From positions 7,130,001 through 7,194,000 of the forward strand of contig CM102283.1 in NCBI GenBank assembly GCA_046563655.1: a stretch of 64,000 nt of DNA, written 5' to 3'. Positions 21,801 to 36,800 of the stretch are shown piece after piece. The position numbers and the translations under genes are program-made. Origin of the DNA: Yuukianura sp. NJ FZ-2021. Lineage: Eukaryota. Below the pieces are notes generated by a model, which was given only the letters and a program-made list of their open reading frames with translations, made no database searches and was not told the origin of the DNA. The stretch's first letter is position 1. Each line of letters opens with the position of its first letter.

Positions 21801-24800
21801 TTTCATTTCTGCATCGCTCGGTTTAAAGTGAAAGTTGTCAACTCGTTCCAAATTGGATGGAAGACACAACAGGTGCCAATGACTAAGTGAAAGTGAAAAT
21901 GGCAGGAAAATTTGAAATTTTGGAAAACTTGCCTAAATTGGTCTCTTCCATTAAGCGTCTCTTGCTTGAGTGACAGGATGACAGGACCCAAGTCCTCGTC
22001 ATTTGTAAAATAGTTCCAGTGCTCTGTTCCATAAAAATACTTTTCATATGTTTCCTGCTCTACGGAAGTGAGTTCGAATCCGCCATTCTTCTCCCACTGT
22101 TCTTCAATGATCGTTTTGGCCGTGTCGAGACAAATCGTGGGAAATGAATCTTCATCCTCAACAGGGGAGACCTTAGAATAATATATATAATGAAATATAA
22201 ATAATATGGAATAAAAATAAATAAGTAAAATTTGGGTCTTGCATATCGGTAGCGTATATTTCCAATTCTACTCAAATCCCCAAGTGCCTCTTATACAATT
22301 CCCATAGACAATTACACAAAGTATGCTCGCCAGAGTCGCATGTTGGAGAATTCGAGCGGAAAAAACGAAAACAAAAAACATGAAAGGCGAGAATATACTC
22401 TTTTATAAACAAAAAATCCTGTTTAAAACTGAAAGATTTTTTTTTAGATGTTTATTCACTACGAAAAAAAAAACACAAAGTGAAAGCGGAAAAAGTCAAA
22501 GTGAAAACAAAGAGGATTAAATTCTTGTGGACTTTCAGACATTTCCATCCGATGCTGAAAATTTTCAAGGTCGAGTTTTCATTTTCGAAAACTCCACAAA
22601 AAATAGATTTCTAAAAGTGCAGCCTGAGTTGAGCCGCTTTCAACACGGATTTCATTCTAGTTATCCTGTAGTTCATTCATTCAAGAATTCAAAACTCCTT
22701 ACTTAAAACCAAAAGAAAAACGAAAAGCTTTCAAGTTTAAAGAAACCTCCCACGCTGGTGACAATTTCCTGCAGATCTAGGCGATAGTGAAAGTACGATC
22801 AGTTCCATGCTGTGCTTTCAATTCAAAATATTGGAGGTGGACTCGAACAGGTTACAAGGTAAATGGTTCATTAGGCGTCTAAAAGTAGAAAGCTTCTAGC
22901 ACTTTTTGTCGACTATTTAAACACTCCCGCACAAAATTGAGTTTGGACCAAAGTGTATTACTACCTACGCTTTTGTTTGTCTTGTCTTTAGGGTTAGTGT
23001 TGCATGAATTTTTAAAGGATACGACAGAAGCAAACATCCGAAAAAAAACGAATTGAATTTTTTTCTGGAGTGTTTTTTGTGTCAAACTTTCACCTGGCGC
23101 TTTCTACTAATTTCACGCTAAAAAAACGTTAGTTAGTAAACCTAACAAAATCAGTTTTTTTTTGTCAAGAGCGCCAAAATTTCCAAAAAAACAAATTGTA
23201 AAAATTTCGAATTTGCCTGGTTTTGGTTTCATGAACTTTGCTATTTTGGAAGATGAAATAAGCGTGCTCACATTCGTTTAATCTTTGAGAAACTCTTGAT
23301 TTTGATGTTTCATAATTCAAATTGTTGTCCGGCATTTCATCACTTTTTTTTAAACTTTTTTTCTTTTTTTAAAATGTTTCGACTGTTTGTCTTTTTTTTC
23401 AAAACACGATTCGGTGAGTTCCTGAGTACCTTACATCGTTACATCCCATCGTGGAGTTGATATGAACAAATTATGAAGTAGTGAAAGTGACGCCACTAGC
23501 ATCATATTCAAGTCGTTTGTATTAAGGTGCAGGCTGGAAAAGTTCTCACAAAGTACCCAGTGCAACAGAAGTACCCGCCAAAGAAAGCCCCTTTGTGGTA
23601 CTTTCCTTTGTAGTTTCCAAATGAATTTTCCTCAAAAGAAAAAAAAACGCTCTGGGATGGCTTGGAGAATTTTTGGGAATGCTTTTGGAGAACGTTGTTG
23701 AGGTTCTATTTGAAAGAAAATGGAAACCTGTGTACTATGTTGAAAATACGTTTGTTCAAACCCTTGTTTTTTAGACTTTTTCTAACGTTTTTTTAGAAAA
23801 ACACAAAGAGCAAAAAGGAAGCTGGAAATGGGAGCATAAAATGTCAATTTCTTTTGTCATTTGTTCCAATTTATGGAAGACGACTTTCATTGTCTCCACT
23901 GTCTCGTATTGTGGTCCCGCGGAATTTCAACTTTCCCGACTCCCGCGTCATTTCGATTTTCAGGAAACGTACGTTTTCAGACCAAAAAGCTTCCACCTTC
24001 CGAGAACTTAATTTTGGTACTGCTGGAAAAAAAAACTTTTAGCAGGAAGTGCAATGTTTAAAAAAAAGTTCGCGGGAAATCAAATAAAAACAAAGTTCCT
24101 GGAAGAAATAGTGTTTTGTGTTTGGTTTTGCAGGTTCGGATTTCTATTCATTTGAACAGGTTCAACGAAGCAATTAATAGACGGAATTAAATTTCATTCA
24201 TTTTACGAAACCAAATCTCCAAATCTTTCAAAAAAAGTTCCCGAAAGAGGAAGAATTAAAAGTGGAAAAATTTCAGTTAATTTGGAAAATTTTGCTAATT
24301 TCGGTTTTTAATGACTGAAACACCAGAATTGCGTTTGCAGATTATCAACGCAAGGTATAACTTGGGATTTAAAATTCAAAAAGTTATCATTCAAGAATTT
24401 TTTTTTGCGTTGTACAAATTTTTTTTTCGTCGTTTTGGAAAAAAAAGAGAATCAATAAGAAAAAAGCTGAAGTGGAAGTGATGTGGGATTAATAGCAAAC
24501 AATTCCTTTTGGCCAGCTCCGTGACTTGTCCAAAAGTTTATTCCAATTTTATGTGTTGGTTACTAAGAAGTAGCAATTGGATTTGACCCATCCTGTTCTC
24601 CCTCGAACCAAATTAAATTTGGATCCAATAAAACGAAACAAAGAGCCGGAAAAAGCCAAAAACTACAGAATCTTGTACAATTTGGCCCACCATTTGGTTT
24701 CAGCGACACTTAAGGTCACTCGAGATCACCTCTGGCAAAATCTCAGAAGTTTGTCACACAACAAAGGCTTATGTTTTGGCTGACCTGTATGTTTTGGTTG

Positions 24801-27800
24801 TTTCTGTCTGGAGATCCGTTTTCGTCATCTTCGTCGTGGCGTCCATCTTCCTCTTTTTCCTGAAAATCTGGAATAACACAACAAAAAAGAGACGTGACAT
24901 CCGGGTGACGTCAAGCGAAGAAAAGATGTGGATAGATTCGAATATTGAGGTTGATTTGGTAAGGGAATACAAGATGGAAAATTAGATCAGGGAAAAGGAG
25001 ACATCTTTGGCACAAACTCAATTCAAACATTCCTGCATTCTCATTTGGAGCCAATAAACATTTCAGTACATGTCTCATAACGTTTGATGAACAAACAAAA
25101 CAACGCCACCGGAAACGATTTTACACGTTATTTCTATAATTTATATAAAACAAATTATGAACTAACATAAAAACGCGTTAAATTTTAAAGGCGGAAAAAA
25201 AATCACGCCTGCTTGGATTTTACAAAGTATTGACAAAAACCGCCAAATTCTTTAAAATATACACTTTGAAAAGAGTACTGCAACCTTGAAAGTTCATTTC
25301 AAAATCTTCTAAAATTCTGCAACACAAAAATGTTAAATATGGTAACGTATTAGTGTTTGGAGCTTAAATTTTTTGATGTTGCGTTTTTTGCATACCCGAA
25401 TCTCCCGAATGGTCTTCCCACGGATTTTGTCCAGCACCGGTAATTTTTTGGCGGGAACATTCAATCCAGTACCCAGGCGTTGGAATAAGTCTGTGCGGGT
25501 ACTCTTCACAGAATTCATCTACAAAAAAAACATCATCAATCAACTCAAAATCGTGTTTTTTAGCGTCACAACGTTAATAAATGACGTGAAGCACAAACAT
25601 GTTGTGGTTGTTGTGAAGGCGGTAAAATTTGAAATGGAGTGGGTTCAGTGACTTTGATGTGATTAGGTTGGTTTTACCTGAACATGCTTGTGGTGGTAGT
25701 GGAAAGATGAGGGTGGTTGATGACTTTCTTCGGGCGACAGCACAACCCAAACTCTGCGGTTTAAAGGACCGGAGTTGGTTCATAAAATCAGAACACTCCA
25801 TAAGAGCCACGTCAGCAAAGTGGAGGTCACACAGGATCTGGTTCTTGAACCTCCGAGCCCTTTTCTATATTAAACAAGCACAAAATAGAGGTCACGACAT
25901 CCAAAATCTAAAGGTCACTACTCAAAAATCTAGGTCACATCAACCAAAGAGTGGAAATCAAATTAACGCAACCTCCACTGCCCCGCCTCACACCATCATC
26001 TAGCACAAAGGTTCCCTGACAACGAAAGTTAATTTTCTTTAACAGGTTGGGTGCTACCTCGCTTGTTGACAAAAAAACGGAAAAAAGAAACAAAAAAATA
26101 GTACCAATTTAGTACCACTCCAAAAAGTTGGTACCAATTCATATGCAAAATTAGAAAAAAAATATATCTGTATTCTTGTGACTACGATGCCCCGAAATGA
26201 AAAGTTACTTTTTTGCAAAATCGAAAGAAACATAAGGGATTACCCAACCTGTTCAAGAACGAAAGTCAACAAACCTTGATCTCGCACTTGTTTGAAAATT
26301 TTTAGCGCGACAAAGGCGTTCTTTTGATCTTTTCAAATTAGGTGCTTCCAAAACTAGTGTGACGAAATTTGAAAAGAGGCTCCTCTTTAGACTAAAAGTT
26401 AAATAGAAGGTGATGGGTTTATGGTTCGGCGCGCTTTTCTTATAGTTTTATGAATAAATCAAAGCAAAGACGCACATGGAAGGCGTCTCAAGGGATAAAA
26501 GCTGCTGATTGGCTGTGACAGGTCACATGACATCGTCACCTCCAGTTTTAATGGCGCGCCAGAGTTCAAAAGTTGGACCAAAATTCAAAGTTATGTTGGC
26601 ACCTTAGCTTTTCATAACGTAGCTGCTTTCTCTTGCTCTTTGGAAAACTTAGACCGGAGTTGGAACCTCGCCATGCTAGAAGCTATAAGGTGTTCCTGTT
26701 TCCAAAATATTTTGAGTCTAAATTTCCCGGGTGAAATTCAAATTTTCAAAATTTTCGTAACAGTTCCATTGCCAAAATGGAAAATGCCTGCGGAAAGATG
26801 ATATGGAAATGAATAGGGGAAGTTCACCTTGAGCTCTGCTGGTTTTTCCGATGGATTTGGGGGTTTCGAATTTCAATTAAATTCAATGGAATGGATAATG
26901 GAGATTTGGGAAAAGAAGAATAGTAGATGTGTTCCCTTTTATATACAAAGTAGGATGATTTTATGTAAAAATAGAGGGAATAGCGTAAACCTAGCTTTGA
27001 ATAGGTTAGGTAACCTAACATAACCATGCCCATTGCCTTGTGAACAGAACCTTCATGGAAGGGAGCCTATGAGCTCATCTCGTACTTCCGTGAGTTTTCC
27101 TGCACAGTGAACGCTGACTTTCACTGGGCTCCACTTTTCCTTCTGACGTCATCCGGTCCTAAATGATTTACAGAGCGACTTGTTCCGCTTTTAGAGGAAA
27201 GAGCTTTCGAGAATTCGAGACTTAGAGGCATATGAGGACAGTTGAATTTTTGAAGAAAAAAATTTTTGAAAAAAAAAAGTGAGAGGAATGTGTTAAAATA
27301 TGAACTTACTTGGTTCGTGCCAGAGAGGTTGATTCCACATGAGTTGCATCTCAGGCATTCTTCGTGGTAGTGGTTGTTATCATACAGGGAAGACGGCTCT
27401 ATAATTTCAAAAAATTGGAATAAAAATTTCTATTCTTCTAACAAATCTACTTATAAGTTTTATTGCTGAAAATTTTTTCAAATCAAATTTAAAGTCTTAA
27501 AATATGCAACCGAAATCCAAAGTTAAACCAGTTGAATGTAAGCTCTAAAGTCAGTTACGAAAAAACTAATTAAAACTAAATTCTTTTGTACATCGAAAAC
27601 AAAAAATGTTGTTAAAAAACTGTTTTCTTGTAAAGTTTTTTGAAAAGTGAAACATTTTTTTAGGAATCAGGAGATAGATTACTCCTTTTGTGATGGAAAA
27701 AAAATATTTTTGAAGCACAAAACAGTGAAAAACATGAAATTCTCTGCATTATCATTTTCTTTTGAATGACAGTTTGTGAGAAACAAGAAAATTTCTCCTT

Positions 27801-30800
27801 CGTTAAAATTTATTTTCGCCACCATGTACACAGTGAAAGTTGGGTTAAGAAAGACAATAGTTTTTATTTTTAATGAGACGCGGATGGGAGAGCATGTTTT
27901 GGTTCTGTATATTATTGGACATGAGGGCGGAAAAAGCAATAAATCTTGAGTTAGGCGAGTTCTGTTGGAAATTAATCGGAAACCTGTTGTTTCCGACCGA
28001 CTCACGACTAGCGCACTTCCAGCTCCAGCCCAAAAACTTCACTTTTTACCAACTTTTTTCCTTGTTCTGTGGAAACATAGAAGGAGAAAAGTAGAAAGCA
28101 GGAATCCTACTTTCTCCAATTGATTTCAACAAAAAGTCCCACCCTAAGCATCAATCACCCACCGGAACCGAACCCACCCTCCACTTGACTCCACCACCAA
28201 TTTTTCCCAAATTGTTCAGTAGGCTCGTCACGCACGCCCAATGCTAATTGGAACATCACCACAAGTACTACCAGTGTAACCCACTAACACGAGAACGCTG
28301 ACAACAAATTTACAAGCACATGCCATAAATTCGTTACTCTATCAAATCACGTTCCTGATTGGTTCGTGCGTCATAGGAAACAAGAGGCGCAGTACTCCGT
28401 TTGAAACAAAAAGTTTTGAAAAAAAATATAAAATTTAAAAAATGTTTTACCAAAAATTCAAAAAAATTTTGTTGTCCAGCTTGGGCCTTGGGCTGGGAAA
28501 AATTGCAAGCAAAACCAAAAAAAAAATTTGAATTTCTAAAATTTAAAAATTATTTTCTGACTCCTACTGCTGGAAATTCAACTTTGTTCGTTGTGTAATC
28601 GTTGGCTAATTGAAAATTTAAATTAAACCGCCACTTTTGAAATTTGAGACAGGCAGTGGAAAGGATTAGAACAGCGATGTGTTTTGGCGGTACGTTTTGA
28701 AATTTGATGATGGCTCTCTGGTTAAAACTAAATGGATGTTCTGTTTAGATTTCCTTTTGGATGAAAGCACTTAGCAGCCCGTTCAATGCTTCACAAATCA
28801 TCGACCAGCCGAAATGTTTGATCTTCTGACTTTCTACGACGAGGGAAAGTTCAAATTGCATTACGAAAGAATGAAGATGGCTCAAGAAGCAAAGGGAAGG
28901 CTACTATGCAGAGACAGCCGACGTCATGAGCAGCGCTAACACAGGCTTCTTGCCTTCTTACAGTGGACTTTCTCCTTAGTTCAGCCTCATGAATTGTGCG
29001 GGAGGAAACTAGGAATTTTCTAATCTTGTGCGAATTGGATCTCTCCTCCTTTTAGATCAAGAGTGCTGATATTTGAAGTTTTCCGCCTCTCACATTGTTG
29101 TTCTCTTTTAATCCAAAGAACTTAACGACTTCAAAACACAAGGACAGCGGGACGACTCAAAGGCTGGTCTAGCATAAGTGGAAAACTTTTGGACTTTAAG
29201 GGAATCACTACGCCCGGCACGTTTGACTTCCTTTCGTCCCTAAATGTCTCGTCCCCACCCCTTCCCCTCTTGGTTAAAACCCGGGACATTCTGAACCCGG
29301 GCATCTCGGAGGAGGGAAGTACCCGGGAGAGTTTGGGAGTTGGACTTGGACTCAAAAGTTAGGCTACGGTTAGGATGGACCAACTTAGGACGAAGAGAAG
29401 TGATGATGAGAGGCCAAGATTAATGAAGCGACGTTGACTTGGGTGTGACCTGCTTTGCCAAAGTATTTTTTTTTCGGCGATTAAGACATTTCGGCCGATT
29501 CTTTCCTTTAACACGTTTTCCGAAATCTCTACACTAATAATCTATGCTCAATACAAACTCAAATGAAAAACTTTCGTTAACATGGTTTTTCAACCTTAAG
29601 AATTTTGAATAAAAAAACTGTCTCAGAAAAGTTTAGTTACGATTTTGAGGAAGTGAATTAGAAAAGCCAGAAAAATGATTTGGAGTAAAAAAATTTAAAA
29701 ATTTTTGTGAAGGAAAAATAATGAAAAAAAGGTAGATTTTTTTTTTATTTGATTTGTTTAGTACGGTATATGTTTTTGAAACTGAACTCCCGAAGACAGT
29801 TTTGTTAAAAGGCAAAGCGAGACAATTTTTTGAATTGAGAATTCTAATTTTCCAAAACGTTAAAAAAACTACTTTGAATGCAGTTCCTAATTTACAGAAG
29901 TTCAGTAAGTGGGTGTTGAGTTTGAAAATGCGATGGAGAAAATAGGAAGTAGAGAAAATCCGTTTCATTTTTTCCCTCCTTTTTCTAATTTCATTAGTTT
30001 TCCCAATGGTTTGTTTTGAACAAGCTCTTGACTTTTTAAAGAAAAAGCTAAAAAATAGTGTGCTAAATTCTCAAAAAAGAACAACTTCAAACGACAGAAA
30101 ATCTGTATATACTTAGTTTTTTTTTGTTTCATCTCCTCGAGAATTTCTTTGTGAACTTTCTCCAGAGACCACTTTAGCTATTTCAACAGTTTGCGTTCAT
30201 TAAAAAAATGAAAAAAAAAATGTAAAGCCGAAAAACTTTCTTTTTCCTTTCTCCGAAAATAATGAAGGAATTAGGGCGGGAAAGTTTGAAAAACGGATTC
30301 ATAATATAAATTGGTATGACGTAAACAATGAATACTCCGTCCGTAGAGAAAAGCACAGACTGGATTACAATCATCGCTTACCACAGCTAGCGTTAACTGC
30401 TTAGATGACGACCGCTTGCTATCCTTAGAGCTCCATTGCCTCATAAGGAACATTTCCTTTCTTCTAAAGTTTTAGTTTGCATTAATTATTTAAGCACAAA
30501 CATGAAGCTTTTCCTTCCTTGCGGGAAATACCGCCAGAATGCTAAGCCGTTTGAAACGGGAAACGCTAAATTTGCACACGTCAGAATTTTAAATAGGCTT
30601 GGAGCCAAAATCTTTGAGACGCGTCAATTCGCCACAAAAAATAAAAATTCAAAAAACGTGCCTCTGTTTAGCTTAATTTATTTAGTAAAAGTGAAGTAAA
30701 GTTTAAATGCTAAAAAAATTCAAAGCTAGAAGATGTTAAATTTTGAAAGCAAAAAATGTAAAAATTTTGAAATAGAAGAGATGTTTTAAGAGAAAACTGA

Positions 30801-33800
30801 AGCAAACCGCAGCACTGTTGGTGTTATTCACACGAGAATCGGATTTCGTCTCGCTTTTAGCTGTGTTTTCTAAACTGGAAGTTTTTTTTAGAACAAAACC
30901 TCAAGCTTTCTAGTTTGTTTAAAGTTTGTAGTTGTTAGTTGAAGGCTCATGGGGAATCATGCGTGTTGCATCAACTGGTAATTAGAGGTTCCATCATCCT
31001 GATGAATCTGTTTGTTCCTAGGAGATTCTATAAGACCAAAGAGAAAGCAACTACATCTCACAAGAGAAAGTTACAACAACAACCAAAACCTCTTTTACAT
31101 TCAGTTTCTAACTATAACTTAAAAGCCTTGAAGTGGATTGAATCGTGGTTAATCAGATTTAGGCCTCCAGGACTCCGTTACTAGTCGCATCTTGTCACAT
31201 ATTTTCCGAGTAAACGACTTAAGTATCTAATCAAAAAGACTTTGGATTCTAGACTAGAACTTTTCCAGCTTTAGCAAATTTTACAAATGATTTTGGAATT
31301 GGCAATTTCAAACCCAATTGTTAAGTTTGGCAATTGGTAATTTCAAAAAAAAATACAAAACATGAAACTATTTGGTTTCTAAGTTGGTTCTGGTTTATCT
31401 GAGAATTGTTTTACAAACCAGACTTTTTGGATGATTTTGAAGCTATTTATAATTGGATGGAACTTTTGGTATTCTGGACGTTAAGAATTGAAACTGCACT
31501 CTTCTCGACAAAAGCCCGCTTTTGCAATGTTCCAAAATTTGAAAAAGTAGTGTCTGTTATGAATGGAAGTGACTGGTCGGTCTTATCGTTGTGAGTCGAA
31601 GTCTCATTTACCTCCTGCAGACTGGGGACCAATCGATACGCACGGGAAAAGAGGCAGCACAGAGCACCACTTTCCCCAGATAGACTTACACTAGCAGCAT
31701 CTTCTTACTTTCTGCCATGAAGCCAACTTAACTACAATAGACCCAGGCACTTCCGCTACTCTGAAAACTCAAATTTACAACCCAAAAACCAAGTTACAAA
31801 AGAGAAAATGTGAAAAAGCTTTTTAGAACCTGAACATCATCCTATTTTCATGCTTTGGAAGGAAAAAGCTTTCGTAAGAGGATTACTTGTTACCATACAT
31901 GCAAACGTACAAATCCATTGCAAAATTATAGTTTTGCAATAAGTAAAAATCAATTAATCAATTTGCCAATTCTATTATTTATAATAGTCAGCTCTCAAGG
32001 TGCCTTTGCAACGAAAATCATTGCAATGAAAAATCTTCAAAAATGCTAAATCTGTATTAGTACTAACTAATTGAAGTTGCAAATAAAATTATTATTTCAT
32101 TGTCACCAATGCTAACCTTCTCTCAAGTTTTTCCGATTCAAAATTTTGAAATTTTATTTTCCGAAAATAAAATTTCGGTGCCACTTTGCAATTTTTGTGT
32201 TGTAAGAAATCAAGCATATGAAGATCATCCAAGTGTAATGCATCATGCGTTTCAAGAAATTAAAGTAAAAAAAATTGCTACATATCAAACCCGCATCATG
32301 AGAACAATGCAAGGCACGAAAAAACGACCCAAGAAATTGAAAAAAAAAATGAATCAAAAATGAAACAAAATTTATGAGAAACAAAGTAGTATGACAAATA
32401 AATTTCGTAATTTTGTGTAACTCAATTCAGTTTTCTCCCGTTACACTCCATCCGACGAACATAGCGTGTCGTCCATACAACCAAAAAGGATTCGTTCAGA
32501 AATTTCGAAGTTATTAATGACTATTCTGAAGCGGTTTTAATTGACTTCACTAAAAGCAAAACTGCTAAAATTGGGGCTCATTCTTGTTTATTCACTTTCA
32601 AATGTAACGTGCATATCAATGTTTAGTGTTAGTGTGTGTTAGTGAAAAAGAGGCTTTGAGTGAATCAATAAATCGAATTAAACGCTCTTCCAAAATAAGA
32701 CGATGACACGGGATGGAAATGGTAAAAAAATGAATCGGAAATTAAATTGAACAAGTTTAAGAAAAGAAGCTTTCTTCAGAATTCTTATAGAAAAGTAACT
32801 TTCTCTTCATAAACCGAACTACGCGTGTCTTCAAATTCCACCAAGTGTGACACGACGGGAAAAACTTTATGAGAAGAGTCAATTGTTTCAAAAAAGTTGA
32901 AATTTTCAACTTTTTAGTTCTTGCTAAAAACCCGAAGTTGGAAAAGTATCTCATAGTCACAAAAACCTTTAGAACTTTAACGGTAACCAAAAGACTTAAA
33001 AAAAAAGTGACACTTTTTGAGGTTAGGAAGGAGGCCTTAAATCCTAGACAACAAATTTGGACAAAACTTTTTTCTTTTTTATGAAAAAACTAAAGTGTTG
33101 GATGAAAAGTCTTTTGGACGAAAAAGAAAGTTAGATGCGGCGGAGATAAAAAGACTTGTGTTAAAAGTTTTAAAATATAAAAGTAAAAACAAGAAACTGA
33201 GAAGAGTATTAAATTAAAAAAAGGCTTCATATAGCCCTTAGTCAAGAAAAAAGTGAAAATGTTGCTTTTCCAAAATGAAAAGTTTCTATTTTAGAAAAGT
33301 CACATTAGCATAAAGCTCTTAAGAGTTTTGACCTAAAGGGGAAAAAAAGGGGAGCTTTGTTTAAGTTTTGAAAGTCTAAAAACGAATGAAAAGCGGCGGT
33401 ATTAAGAAACTTGTTTGTAAGAAAAAGATTTTTGTTAAAACTTTTTTTGCTCCAAATTTGTTTGATGCGATTTCAAAAATGTTGAATCAAAATTCTCTTT
33501 GATCATTCCAAAGGCTTAAGACAGAAGCCAAAAGCTTCAAAAAATGTTGCTGCAAAGAAGTATGTTTAAGAATGAGTCACAAAGAAGCCAGAAATGTTTG
33601 GCCCCGTTATAATTTTTTCTCTGTAAAACTTAAAAAAAAACTAAAAAGTTGAGTAATAAGAATTAAAAAACGGAAGAGATTTTCAAAGTTAGAAACTAAA
33701 ATTTGAAAAACGGAATTATAAAACTCCAGCAAGAGTTTCGCCTTGCGGGGCTTCCAGAAAGAAAAACATCAATTTTTTAAAAATTGAAAGCTTTTAGTAT

Positions 33801-36800
33801 TTCTTCGGCTTTCAAAACAGAAGCTGAAGTGCTGCTTGTGCTTACGTTGCCTTAAAGTAATGAAAAGTGATGTTATTCTTACCGTATCGTGTAACACTAC
33901 AAGTTATAACCTCTACCAAAACAACTGGAGTGGAACCCGCTTTTAATGGCACTTGCGATTCGTCTGAACTGACGGATGAAAATTTCACCCTTCACTGAAC
34001 AACTAACCGATGCGTTCAAAAGTAAGCCACTCGACTTCTAACCTCATTAAACAATTAAAAACCGACCTTGCGGTCAAGAGTTTCCAAAAATGTTGTTCAA
34101 AATGTGACTAAAACGGGGTCAGAGGTCAACTGGTCATGGTGAGGTCAACTTTAACCACATTTTCCAAATGTATACGAGTGTCCAATACTTCGGGAGTGAA
34201 GTTGAAGATGGTACCTTATGCGGACCGTGGAATGTGAAAGACTGAAGGAGAAAGTGAATGAGGAAACGGACTTTCTTCGAGGCCATGAGCCAATCATTCC
34301 ACTTGTTGTACTTTTGGCCCCCTTTCGTACCAAAACTCCAGAAAACCTCCAACCAGGGTACTTCAGTACTCTTAACACCCTATCTTAAAACTGGGTATTT
34401 TAACAACATGAGTGAAACTGTATTTTTCATGTCACGTTTCGTAAAAAACTCCAATTTTCAAACGATTTTGAAACTTCTGATGCCTGTCTTTCTAATGGCA
34501 CCAATAGATCCAAAAATCACAACACAAAATTCAAAAACGTGTGTGATTGGTTGTTAATTGGAATGATTTGGTTGGTAGAACGGAATCCCAGGTTTTTCCT
34601 ATGTAATGTAGCAATTAAGTTGCCAAAAAAACATTTTCACGTAATGCCCAAGACCCTCCTGCTGCGTACGGAACCCTGCCGTTGTGAAAGTGGAGAAAGC
34701 ACAGGGAGTAGGTACCGCATGTTTGGTTAGGTTGTACAGAGTCTGTAGCGAAAGCCCACTTCACTCTGCTTCTCAGCATAATAACTCTAAACAAACATTC
34801 TGCGTCGTAAGTCTCGCTTCAGAACACAAAACTTCAACGAATGAAGTTCAGAAAACAAAAGGAAGGAAACGGATCTTGGAGATACAGAAGATATCTAATA
34901 TTATTCCAAACTTTCTCCTTCAAACACCTTGTACTGAAAAGTTAGTTGGCAACTGAAACGGAACCGAACCAAACCAAGAGAAGCTGATCAAACTAACCTG
35001 TCTGCGTACTTGTGTCGAAGAAAGCACAGGAAGTTTCCACTGACATCGTGGCGATTGTTCCATCTGTAATCTGGGCCGAGGAGTCTCTGCGACCACGCGT
35101 CTTGGTCATTTCCTCAGATTGAGTTGACTGTCGTCTGAAAAGATCCATCAAAGGCAGTTCAAGGTCAACGTCATCAACTCATCCATAAAAGTCGATGGTC
35201 AAAGCAATTTGGACGGAGAGGGAAAGGAAACAATTACGAAACATAACATGACACTTTCTATTGACCGAAACTTGGGGAACCTAACAATAGCTTCGCTTTT
35301 CCTTTCACATTTTACTCAGAGTGGGCATGGCTTTCTGAGAAGTGGCGGCAATTATGAAGAATTATAAGGAGAAAGTAAAGAAAACTTAAAAGAGGAGGCA
35401 ATGTAAACCAAAGTGAAAACAAAACAGTTAGAAAGAAACAAAACAAAAGAAAAGCATATAAAAAGTTAAATAATTTTTTTATCTAATTTTGTTTAAGTTT
35501 AGAGTTTTTTGAAGTGAGTGGTGGAAAATATGATGAATAGAGAGAATTTCTGGCTGAGAAAGTTGTTGGATCAAATCAATAAAAGAGAAGACGAAGAAGC
35601 AGACGTTGCTTTTTCTGAGTATTCTCTCGAAGATGAGAAGGAATGCGGGTATTTTTTAGGCGGGTAAAAAAACAAAAGTGGCGGGTGAACCTGAAATTCC
35701 GACATCTGATCATCTCCTCTGTAGTGGACTGACGACGAAATCCGCGTGCAATCAGAATCTCCTCTGTGGTTGACTGGCGTCGAAATGTTGGGCGCGGTGC
35801 AACGGGAGACGGTTCACGCGACGAACAAGTTGACGACGAATCCGGAGATTTTCCTGAACCACGCCGCTCCACCTGTTGGATTTTTCCAAAAACAACACAG
35901 AAAAGTGTTAGAGCGCGAATTTAGGCGAAGATTCAAACGAGCGTCTTTCGAGTTCACACTTTGCTCAAACTTTCTCTAACTTTCTCCACGTCAACTCCTT
36001 TCACAAGGAGAAGTTTCACAAACTTTTTGGAAAATTTTACACTTTTGAATTTTTTTTTTGAGATTTTTGACTTACAACAGTTGACTGTTTCCGCAAACTG
36101 TGTCGGCTTGCTCGTCGCTGAATCCGGCTCCGATGTTCCTCTTCTGCAGCCGAATCGGGAGAAAGTGAGTCCCGGCGTGACTTTCGAAGAAAACTGGCTT
36201 GGTCTTCGGTGTTACCATCCTCAGGAGATAGAAAAGGCCTTTGGGTTTGTAGAAATACACGAAACCAAAATTCAGTCAAAATGTACTTTTGAAATTTGTA
36301 ATTTTGGAGTGCCGGGAAATTACAAATATCGGGAGACACACTGAAACGATACAAACTACACCACGAGGAGTCACTACCAACACAAAGGAAACTGGAAACG
36401 TGGGGAAACGTTACAAAGGTGTCTCAAGTGCCTTATGGTGTTAACGTTTTGCTTGTTTTATGGAACGCCATTACTTAATTTTTTTTGATTAACATGCAAA
36501 TTTTTTTCCAAAAATTAATATTTTGAAAATTAATAAAATATAAGAATTTTTTACTTTAGCCTGTTTTCTGAGCAGTTCTTAGAGCCTTTCTGAATGGAAC
36601 AAAGAAAGCCAACTGGAAAAGGCGGGGAAAAAAGATGAAAATTGCCACATTTTAAACAGAAGAGGAGAAAGTTGAAGACAGTTTAAATTTTTGAAACGAG
36701 TAAGTAAAGGAAGTAGGGCAAAAATATCATGATGAGTGGTGCACCACAAACTAGGTTTTTCTAAACATGCGTTTTTGGAAAACACTCTTTAAAAATTTAA

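Noticed and set aside
29131-29460. GC-richer block with a 74-aa minus-strand ORF, considered as an alternative last exon for a short Radish
   Set aside because: In-frame stops lie between the nearest acceptor (~29450) and the ORF; no phase-compatible entry found.
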